A DNA stretch of 64,000 nucleotides from contig OZ316775.1 of NCBI GenBank assembly GCA_973851085.1, positions 19,716,001-19,780,000 of the forward strand. Direction: 5' to 3'. This DNA comes from Ptychomitrium polyphyllum (taxonomy: Eukaryota). The notes under the pieces were generated by a model, which did no database searches, was not told where the DNA came from, and saw nothing but the letters and a program-made list of their open reading frames with translations. A program made the position numbers and the translations under genes. Of the stretch, positions 53,642 to 64,000 are shown one piece after another (position 1 is the first letter of the stretch; the number at the start of each line of letters is the position of its first letter).

Positions 53642-55388
53642 TCACGTTGTGCCATACAAATGTGGCGCAAGTCGAGGTTTCGCAACGGCCAACAACCGCT
53701 GTTTCCTCGGGTTCGCAAACCCCGGCAATTCCGACATGTCGATGTCATCAGCAGAGACCCCCGGAGGAAACGACCACGTGAATCCATGAAAGAGACGAGC
53801 CAGTGTGAGCAGCACCAGAGTTTGCCCCAGATTGTATCCCGGGCATGAGCGCCTCCCGGCTCCGAAAACATAGAGTTTATCGTCGGCGAAGCCTGACAAG
53901 TTACTTGAGTTTCGCCATCGCTCTGGATCAAACTTCAGAGGTTCCACCCATACATCGCTGTTGCGGCCGATGGAGAAGAGGTTAAACAGAATGAGGCTGC
54001 CTTTGGGGATAGTGTAGCCGCCAAGCGTGGCCTCGGCCATAGATTGCCGCGGCAGAGTGATGCAATTCGCGGGGCGAAGACGAAGCGTCTCCTTGATAAT
54101 GCAAACGAGGTAGTGTAGGTTCATCAAGTCGGCTTCCTCCACAATGTGCTCCCGTCCCACCACCGAGTCCAGCTCGTCGTGGAGCTTCTGCTGGATCATG
54201 GGGTCCCGGATGATCTCCGTCATAGCCCACTCGTTCGTCAAGGTTGATGTGTCGGTCCCTGCCAATAAATCCTGATGAAAGGAAGATGTATTCATGAGTC
54301 AACTAGATTTTGACTTGTGTAATCATGACTAGCAGCAGTGATAACGAGGACTTACGCTGATGCAAGCCTTGACGGCTCTATCGTCCAACCGTGGCTCGCC
54401 GTTGACGCCAGGAGTGTCAAGTAGTAAGCTCACGAAGTCGTCCGGCTTTCCTCCTGGTAGCTTTCCACATGCCCGGGCCCGGTGCTCCTGGATGATGATG
54501 CTAAGCTTCTGGTCTTGAATTTCGTGTATCTGAAATGAAGAGCCAATTCGATGATGTATTTTCACGTTTGATTTTACTGAGTAGAACTATAATAACTTAA
54601 GACTTATTCACATGAAGTGCATCATAAAGAAAGTGATTCATTACCTTATGCATGGCTTTGACCACGCCGCCTGGGTCGAGCCACCCCAAGGACGGAACGA
54701 AATCCTGAACTGGCATCATTCCCAGCAACCGCAGCGCTTCGTGAACGATGCGCTTCATCTCGAACAAATGCCCACCCTGACTGCCTATCATCATTCGAAT
54801 AATCACATTCAGAGACAAGTCGGTAAACTTCTCCCGCAAATCGATCACCTTCCCGTGGTCGGCAGAGACGGCAATAGTTTTGATTACGAGCAGATTCTCC
54901 TCGTTTCTGATGCCTGTGGTGCTCAGCAGCCGCTTCGGAGTCAGGAGCTCGTGCACGCAGATGCGCCGCATGTGACGCCAGTGCGCGCCATAGGGCGCCA
55001 TGCCAAAGTCATGCTGGTCGTAGAGCATAATGCGCGTGAATGTGTTGGCTGGGCGGGAGCAGAAGATGTTGTCTAGATCCTTGGTGACCTGGGACATGAG
55101 GTCTATGGAGTGGAGCACCATGGTTGGGACCTGGCCCAAGCGCAGGTAAACGATGGGGCCATACTTCTTGGCCATTTCAGCTGTGACTCGGTGCGGGTGC
55201 TTCCCGGCAAGTTGGTGAAGGTTGCCCACAATGGGCAGCCCTCTTGGACCTGGAGGCAAATTTGGGGACGGGGGTGAGCGCGAGAACAAGTAGAAGTAAG
55301 AGCACAGTGCTGCCAGGACAATGCAAAACCATCCCGCGAGGAGCACATTCAGCTGCTCCGATTGAAATCCCATGGTTAGGACACCCAT
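53642..55388 (-). CDS. Cytochrome P450, CYP71 clan, CYP703-like, about 515 aa, 3 exons
   Basis: Exons 55388-54645, 54529-54356 and 54271-53642 (phase 0, GT-AG). Membrane anchor, LPPGPRGLPIVGNL, HWRHMRRICVHELLTPKRL, AGTDTS, ETLR, PERW, haem motif FGAGRRSCPG, C-terminal AKPRLAPHLY. Confidence 0.92.
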
Positions 55389-57539
55389 GTTGGTGTTAGT
55401 CTTGTAAAGCTGTTCTTAGAGAGCAAGTCAAGCTGATTAAGTGTCATGTGCACCAAGCAGCTCCAGAGAAATGTTCTTCAGTGGTCATCTTTACTTGTGA
55501 TCGATTTTCGAGCATGTGCAGCTGCAATTTCTAGAGTTGGCACCGTAGGCATGGACACAAATTTAGTGACGGTTATTGTACATGCCAGTTTGGTTGGGCT
55601 ACTCTTCAAGTACAAGAGCTCGATTCATACACGACGCCTGGGAGTGAAACGGGGATCACCACGAAATTAAGTTGGACAGTTTGAAGAAGTAACTGAATGC
55701 ACTTATGTTATGCACGGGTCCGTTTGCGAGGTTGTGCTCAAAGTCTGGTTGAGCATATTCGCATGGAGACTCTTGAGTTGGCATGAGTAGATAAAACTCT
55801 TGCATTTTGCAAGATTTTAGTATCAAAGTGAGAGAGAGGAAATGATGCAGAGTGCGTGTCAGTACTTGTGCCTGAAGAAGAGGACATGATAATACTGGGG
55901 GTTCAAGTCATGAACCTCTCTGAGAGACGCAAATGACTGTCCATTCATTGTGAGCCAATACTATATACAGGTGTTGTCTATCTGCCAGCGATAGTTTAAA
56001 CAAGTGGTTTCATAGAAATCCACTTCACTGATTGCATAAAGTTACTCAGCAACTGTGGATGGTTTCTAGTTAAGTGCTTACTAGGGGCTGATGCTCTGCA
56101 GACTAGTTCTTTAAAGGACAACATGCTCCAAGCTCATAGATAGATTTGATTCTTCAGTTGATTCTTTTAATGTTCAGGATTAATGTTCAGTTTTTGTAAA
56201 AACTGGTACAGTAAAACACTTCATCTACGAACTTGCACTTGTTCCTACTGGTGATCAATTTCAAGAAACACAGAACCACTTTGACCGAAATCTCTACAGT
56301 AGTTTGCCAGCAACGAATATGGGCTTAACTCAAATTCTGAAACCAGCCGATTCAAGGTCACTTGTACACTGCAAGACATCTAGCTTCACCTCGTCCATAG
56401 CATTCATATTTCTTGCTCTGTTTGTTAAACAAAAACACTTGAATTGTCACAATGACTAGTCTTTGAACTAGCTTCAACATTAGCAGAAACTTGCTCCATA
56501 ATGAGTCATAGTCCATTGGATGAAAAGTATACGAAAAAGAATAAAAAAAGATAATAGTGGTAGTAAAAGTTAAAAGGGTTCATAGGTAGAAGGTGGAACA
56601 ACATGCTTGTAGAAGTTGAACTATTCATGCTAAAAGAGTGATACCACTTGGTTATGGCGGCCCTTGAAACTCATACAATTTAGCTAAATTACGTGCTGTC
56701 CAAATGTATATAACTAAGTTTTTAGTTTTTTATACCCTTTAAGTGGTGCAAGAAAAGGGGGTCATGGGTACTAAGGGAAAGGCAGTAAGGGTTCGAAGTC
56801 AAGAACCAACCTCAGTAGAAGATTTATGTCGAATTCTTCAACAATTGATTCTAACTGGCTGCCCTCAAAACTGATGATGTCTACACTCAATAGAATACCA
56901 CCCACACAGATGCCGTCCTGGTTTGCGGAATAACCTTCTTCATCGTCTCATCGACCTCCAGGACGGGCACCACCTCTGCACGCACTTGGCCACCCATTAA
57001 GCTGGTTTTCCCATAGTACCCATAAGCTCCCAAGATTCAGAGCGACCACCTTCACCATGCCCCTGCCGGCCAGCACCACATCCACTATTCCCGCTTTCTG
57101 CGTCTGCACTTGAAACCAATTCAGCTGTGTTACTTAACTCACCATCAGCTGCGTTTCAGCATCACTCCTCCTAACGGATGTGAAGGTAAGATTTCCTGGG
57201 ATCCGCTTACCATGTCGTAGACAACGACCCTACGAGTTGAGTCTGAGACCAATACAACAGCGCTACAAGAGTCGTCGTAGCTCAAACAAGGAAATACACA
57301 TACAAATCACCATATCCACTATCATGGAACAATACAGCAATTTTTGTACTATTTAGACTGCATAACCAGTGTTCAATATTAACATTTGGGATTTTGGAAT
57401 TTCCCATTACAGTGAATATGGTTTTACAAGGTCGTCAATTTATTCATCAAAGATATGCTCTAATGATCTTATGATTTGAAACAATATCATAGATTGAATC
57501 TCGAGGATTTGAATTTTAACCATCTTCAGGGATACACAA

Positions 57540-57844
57540 GGCTTGGCTTTGGCATCTGAAGCATACAAACCTGACCGCCAATTCCACATACATGACCCGT
57601 TGCCCCTTACCAAGAGGTGCGGATGGGCAGGCTAGTGTTGCAGATCATGGCGGGGAAGGACTCGAAGACTCATACTCCAAGAATCTTCCTGCCAATCATA
57701 TTCCATGAAAAAATACACCACTGAAGCAAATGGAGAGAGAATAGCATACAAGTTTCCACGGAAAGAAACAGCTGACTTCGCTGTTGTAATGCGATAATTT
57801 GTCTCCAGTGTATGTAGCAAATTACCTGTACCTCTCAACCTCAA
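57540..57844 (-). pseudogene. Possible Kelch/F-box beta-propeller gene fragment
   Basis: AVSFRGNLYAILSPFASVVYFFMEYDWQEDSWS followed, after a stop, by HPHLLVRGN. This resembles F-box/Kelch blades. No F-box or complete model was found. Confidence 0.35.
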
Positions 57845-60800
57845 ATTTGGTGAATAACTTGCAAGTTGCCATTTTCGACTCCTGTTTGTGCAAATAGAGG
57901 ATTCAATAACCCACGAGAACGACTGTGCAAGACCAAATGCAACTTGACAACTGTTATCTATAAGAAAGACCTTAAAGCTGTGAGATTAATGATCTGTAGC
58001 CAACACGAGAGTGGGAACCATCCCAAAGACATCTGTATAATTGGGGTTGGAGTGCAAGTGACAACTTTGATATCGGGTACATCACATTTACACCAAAAAA
58101 CAACTGGATACACTTGGCCTTTGGCCCAAGTTTGCTGGGGGCTTTTGTACCAAAACTTGGCAACAATGTCATTGTCCATTGCCACAACTCGCATGTCATA
58201 CCCTCATGGTGAACATAATCTGTCAGAATTTCTTCGATTCCCACACGAATTTGCCAAAACAACATAATATTCAACAAAGTCAAAGTGGAAATATCTTGTT
58301 ACAAGAATGGTTGGGATTAGGGAGGCGGCAGTCATTCTTTGAAGTAGCCAATGCCCCAAGATTTTTCCCTGAGCTTTCATAGCTTTTCACTTTTTTTTTC
58401 TTTTTAAAGAGTAAACGGAAACTGACCTTTTTGATCTAACCCCTTTTCAAAGAAGCGTATGTGACCATTGTCAGTTATATGGCACCAACAGGAAAGACAG
58501 CACGCAGTTGATGAGGTTCACAAGCAGCTTGCTCTAGTGAATGACATACTTGCTCATCACTGAGCTGCTGGTTGTTGCAGCCGTGCCTTCTAGCACCAAG
58601 CATCACATGCAATTGGTTGTACATCACAATGGAAATTGTATTATCTTCAAAAGATGTAAATTTGTCACTCTTTGTCTCTACTCATACTAAGGAACTAATT
58701 TACAATTATATTTGGCTGTTCCACACTCAAAAACTCAATGATTTGAATGGCCATTTGTTAATGTGCACAAACTAAAATATTTATTAAATTGGAACAAAAG
58801 ACCTTGATTATTACAAGCTATCTATTTACAAGAGAGGCATCAATATATAGCTTCCAAGTCAATTGCCTTGTGTCCTTTCAAAAACATTTGAGCTTAAATT
58901 AGAAGGAAAGTGCCTCCAAGTATAATTGTTTAGTATTCAAGTAGAAACATATAAGATCCAATGACAAGGCTATGATTTCAAACAAAACATTCAACAATAT
59001 CAAGCAGAATAGTAATGCAATCAAGCAGGGTAAATGGAAAAGTTCCTTGTTCTTGGAATTGATTTATACCAATAAAATTGAGCTAAAAATGATTAATTTA
59101 AGCCTACTAATTAAAAACAATTCAACAACCTTCATAACTATATATCACTTCTTTTCTTTGAAATTGCTTCTATTTAATCCTTTAGCTTCTTGAAATTTCT
59201 CATACTTTCTTTTCTCCTTATATATTAAGCAAGGACTAAAAATAAAAGTTTAGTATAGCTTCACATTCTATAGAACTAAATAATTATTTAAAGTCTCATT
59301 TGTCTCTAAAAGTTTGAGTGCAAAGAAGGATGTTTGAAGCTTCTTAATTTTAAAAAACAATTTGAACCTACAATAGATACATTTTCCATGCCTTTGCATA
59401 TAAACATTTTTTATCAACTGGGATTTGCATATAGATATATATAAATGAAGATTTAACAATATCTAGTGCTATGGAATGAGGATTTAATTTTTTTTTAAAT
59501 TGTTTACAACATATGCATTTTAATATCCAAATTTAAACAATTAAGGACATACCTTCTCAATCATTTATAAATCATCTTGACAAAAAATTAACTTCTTTAC
59601 ATTTTTGAATGAATCTTCATTGTTTGCAATTTTTTAGAAGCCAATATTAAAAATATTTGTATAAAAGTGCTTATGTGGAATCAAATCATGATACAATTTA
59701 GAAGGCTAAAGAAAAAATATTAAATTTATTGCCTTTGAATTTAATATGCTTGAAGGGCAGCAAAAAACACACAAATGCTCTTCTAAAACATTGATTAAGT
59801 GGACTATCAACTATAATATTTTCCATGACTCTTTAAAAAAATCCAAAGCAAAATCCTTATATATAAGATAGCAAGAAATAAGCTTTGTAGGATTCAAAAG
59901 TATATTCTTTACATTTGAAATTAAAGTTATGAACCACTGTATTGTCCATGTCATTTCTAACACACATCCATGATCATTTTAGAAATTGCAACATACCTAC
60001 AGTCAACTCTAATATGGAATATAATTCAAAATACAAATAAAATGACAAAATGAAACACAAAAATATTCATCATTTTTGTAGAGAATTAAATGCACATTTT
60101 AATGGCATTGAAAATGTAAATCAAATGTTCATTAAAATTTGTAATCTTCTATTTAAAGATCAAATACATATCTTATTATTCTTAATTAACTATATAATAG
60201 CCTTGGACATAATTTTTTTTTTTAAATCACCATACAATAATAAACAATTCTAAACTATTCATGATTTAATTTATCTTGAACTCTCCTAATTCACATCTTT
60301 ATTGTAGTTTTTGCAATCAAAAGCTTAACAAAACATGAAATTGTCTTTGTTTCCATCTTTAGAATTTTATAAGCAAAACCTTTGGATGCTTCTTCAAAAG
60401 AGTTTTTTAGCCAATGTCTTCAACTTTTTAATTTTATCACCACTTGGAATTTTAAAAGAACATTCTTAGATATAAGAATTAAACCACATGAATTATATCC
60501 AAATCTTAAAAGAAATCGTTAGTTAAAGCCACTTCAATGGATTTAAATGTTAAATTTGAGATATTTATATTTGCAAGTTAACTTAAACAATGTAGGATTT
60601 CCATACACAAAGATGCATATTAGCATCTTTTATTCTTATAATTATTGGAACCTTTGCAAAGTATACCTCAAAATTAATATTGTTTACAATAAGGAAATTC
60701 AATCATCCAATCTCAAAGCAATTTGTTTCATTATGCAAAAGTATAAGAAATCATTAATATTTCATGTAATATTGAATTATTCCTAAACATTCTAAGACTC

Positions 60801-62125
60801 ACTTTTTTATAAATAGCTTGGATTTTTTTTTGAATAATTATTTTATAATTGATGTAAAAAAATACTTTGAGTTACTTATAAAAATGCAGATGTTTAAAAA
60901 AAATTGAAAATTTGGTTTTTGGCAATTTACACTACATCTTATACTTTACAATAATATGTCCATTTAATTCTAATCAATCCACGACCTTTTACTACTTTAC
61001 ACTAGAGAACTACACAATAATAAAAAACTTAGGAGCAATACAAATTTGTACTAATAACAAAGAAAAAATGAAGGAAAATACAAAATTGTTAGAATACCAA
61101 ATTTGCCTTTGTAGCAAGTATGAACTTGCTTTCAAAAAAAATACCAAATATAACATATCAAAATAAACAAAATCTTGGAACACCTTAATATAAAACTTTA
61201 TTTAATACTTACGCACATTTTTTACTATCTTACAATTATATGGAATTTGAGGTACAAAGTAGGTTGTTTTAATATGATTTAATTTGACAATAAATGGTTT
61301 CTTCATAAAGAAGATCAAGTATATAGATGGTAGTTTTTCTTAAATAATCCATCTTCTTAAAGAAATATTTAAAGCTTGCTAGAAAGTAATTCAACTTATA
61401 AATCTAGCACAATTGCTTTGGTATATACAATAACTTGAACTTTTTACATGGCTCAAGTACATTTAAGTCTTTAAACTTCTTAAACTTCTACATAAAAGCA
61501 CAAAAAACAAAGTTACTACAATGTCTTCCTTGTAGACATGATCTAAAGCTAGCCCAAAATCCACAGGCAAAAGTACAATGTTTGAAGTTCCTTTGAACTT
61601 CCATTTGGAACTAAATTCATAAGTATGTGTTATTAAAGAAAACTTATTGATCATTTGAACAACATGCAAGAATGAGCTTCAAGTTGTTTCCAACATCAAG
61701 AGAAGACAATGGAAGATAATTTTGTAGCATATCAGAAATCCTATGAAAGCTATTAAATCAAAAATTGTTGCAAAATGAATTGCAATAATATAATTGACTA
61801 TACAATTTGTTAGAAAATTAATGGAACTAATTCCATTTTATTTAGGTAATCATGCCATGACAAACCCAAAAATACTAATTCATATATAAACAACAAAAAA
61901 ATCCAATAAACCTTCATTATTTTAGTAATTTATAGATAAACAATATTGAATTATTTTAATTCTAGATTCATTATCTACATATTTACTTTTAATAAAGCAT
62001 ATTCTTTCCATGTTTTAAGGCCTAAAAGATAATTTCCAAATTTTTAGGATTTCTCGAGAGGCTAATGCAATTTATACTGGAATGGTAAAGACAGGACGGT
62101 ATCACAACCCTATAATCTGACGTGG

Positions 62126-62179
62126 AACCCTAACCATGTACAGTATCACAATCCTAGTTTGACGGCGCTTTTAGGGTTT
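62126..62179. promoter_or_regulatory. Telo-box-like motifs upstream of the putative snoRNA cluster
   Basis: AACCCTAA at 62126 and TAGGGTTT at 62172, with another TAGGGTTT at 62562. Telo-boxes are typical of plant ribosome-biogenesis promoters. Confidence 0.5.
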
Positions 62180-63251
62180 ACCACTACATTAGGTTTTACG
62201 CCTGTTTCTCTCTAGCATCGTTTAAGTTCTCCACTTTACTAGGTCATTTTTTTGGGGTTGAGGATGATCATGTTTGCACCCACGCGTTTGCAACTAGTTT
62301 GAGATATGCTTAGGCTTCGTCAAAGTACTGATTCTCAGAAATCTCGTACTGGTGGGTCCGTCCCGTGAAGTGGTTATGAGTGGATCAAGGAAACATCTTC
62401 TCTGTTGCTTGCAACCCTTGCCATGGCAGTGCCTACGCTCCTGGACGTGGTGTTAGTACGATGGTTTCTGCCTGAGGATTGATAGAGATTCTTTGAACTC
62501 ATTGAATGAATCCCTGACGAACTTGTCAACGTGTCGGTTTTTGTACATGACGATGGGGGTTTAGGGTTTGGTTTTTATGGGAATTTTGTGTGTAATGGAC
62601 TGTCGTTGTTGTTCTATGTTGTATGTGTTGATGAAGTGGGTAAATTTCCTTGGCTTTATCCTGCTGGGGTTAGGGCTGATCTCGCTTCACAGAGGAAATG
62701 TTTGCATTGATATCAGCTGGTTCCTTGGAATGGTGGGGAGCCATGTTAAACTACGATGCTATATGTGTAGGTGGTCTTTCGTCTTTCGTGGATTCGTTAA
62801 GGACTGAGACCTTTCTAGTCCATGGGTTTTTTTGTTTATATTTTCTTAACTCAAAACCCTGATAATGTTTTCGAACATTTTATTAAGTCGTGTTTTTCAA
62901 GTCTATTGGAAGAGAGTGGATAGAATGCACCACCTTCGCTTTTTGAAGATGGTGAAAAGTTCCTCAGCTACATCGCGAGCCTACAATTGCATTGATGATT
63001 CGAGTACATCGTCTATGTAAGGGAAGTGCCTGCTTACATGACGATCGAAGTTCTAGAGTTTAGCGTTTGGGTCTGTGCTTTCTGTGTTTTGGAATGTCAA
63101 TAACGTTTCAGGCTGTATGTTTTAATTCTGTGGGCAGGTTCTTAGCTTTATCCCCTTCAATGTTCGATTGTCCCGCTGTGAATAAATAAGTTGGTTTCTC
63201 TTAAGGTTAGAAGCCACGTTTCTTTACTTTTGCCTTTGTTGAATTCGTTGT

Positions 63252-63345
63252 TGGAAAGGTCGATGATGTTAAATCGTTGAACAGGCATATAAATCTTAGT
63301 AGCATTGCTACGTGACGATAGCAATCGGGGACTGAGATCTTTCCA
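63252..63345 (+). ncRNA. Candidate box C/D snoRNA, target unknown
   Basis: 10-bp terminal stem TGGAAAGGTC/GATCTTTCCA encloses a C-like box ATGATGT (63263) and box D CTGA (63332) in k-turn geometry. Confidence 0.55.
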
Positions 63346-63371
63346 GTTCATGGGTTTGTTGAGTTTGACCT

Positions 63372-63460
63372 CATCTGTGATGAAGAAGGTTCCTGCAACG
63401 AGATTGCTCTGAGGAAATCACTATGATTCTCTAGGACCGAACTGCCTTCCTTCTGAGTTC
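63372..63460 (+). ncRNA. Box C/D snoRNA predicted to guide 18S rRNA Am420 (yeast numbering; the snR52 site)
   Basis: Box C GTGATGA at 63377, D' CTGA at 63409, C'-like ATGATT at 63423, D CTGA at 63453. The 11-nt guide CTGCCTTCCTT (63442-63452) is complementary to the conserved 18S sequence AAGGAAGGCAG, and the D+5 rule lands on the A methylated in yeast. Confidence 0.75.
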
Positions 63461-64000
63461 TGTACCATCAATGCATTTGTTGTACTAATTGGGTCTTCGC
63501 ACTGGACTAACATGACGAGAGGGTCTATGCTAGTTGGGTCGTCGTATTGGTGTCTTGATGAAGGAGGTGGGCTGGTGTTGTAGCATAGTTCTAATGACCC
63601 TTATTGCCGGTTTGAGTAACTCCTGAGATTAGTTATCCGCTTCTGTCTGATGCCTGTTTAATTGCAGCTGATGTGATTCTCATTGTTAATCATTGTTTAT
63701 ATTAAAACGTTGTCACAACTGTGATATAATTTTTGGTATTCCTTTGTCACAGTTTCATTCAGCTCAATCATTCATTGAGTAACGGACTTTGTTTACTGCT
63801 ACTGCACTACAGGACATAAATTGTGTTCGTTTTGTAACGGATTTATTTTGTCCACTGCGTGAGTCTGGTTTGCATGTAATTACATGAGTTGTACTATTGG
63901 AGTGTGTCGTGTTGAGAGAATGCTGCCGAGATTCCTGTGCACCAATTTTCTCGTTTTCGTGTTCAGCTGAAAGACAGTGTCTGTAAGTTTACTTCAAATT

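Noticed and set aside
58800..62040. Short ORFs in AT-rich blocks (also 9.6-11.2, 32.1-34.4 and 35.5-37.1 kb)
   Set aside because: Low-complexity I/K/F/N-rich translations, probably very old transposon debris. No family can be supported.
63280..63295. ACAGGCATAT as a U27/snR74-type guide for 18S Am28
   Set aside because: No credible D' box at the spacing the D+5 rule requires.
63440..63456. U14 snoRNA
   Set aside because: The guide overlaps the U14 target region, but D+5 points to A420 rather than C414 and no U14 domain A is seen.

Overview
Eukaryotic plant nuclear DNA, most consistent with a moss such as Physcomitrium. This is inferred from the long Aux/IAA with an LxLxPP motif and from the Tcn1-like chromoviruses. 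Gene islands alternate with AT-rich, transposon-derived blocks. Intact-looking genes are an intronless B3-domain gene (19.0-19.8 kb, -), a 5-exon PPR gene with an N-terminal CCHC knuckle (20.7-24.3 kb, +), a 5-exon Aux/IAA gene (27.3-29.7 kb, -) and a 3-exon CYP703-like P450 (53.6-55.4 kb, -). There is also a shattered pseudogene resembling fungal-type DUF3638/DUF3645 giant proteins (about 11.7-16.8 kb, -) and a probable box C/D snoRNA cluster at the right end. Two related families of decayed Ty3/gypsy chromoviruses occupy 1.7-9.6, 37.2-43.1 and 43.5-52.4 kb. Comparing the copies gives the most notable results: (1) an unannotated third ORF between pol and the 3' LTR that is conserved as protein across both families; (2) an 11-nt Tf1-type self-priming signal with compensatory changes between families; (3) perfect heat-shock elements and GAAnnTTC arrays in the LTRs; (4) a -1 frameshift hairpin. 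All calls were made by eye and no database searches were run.
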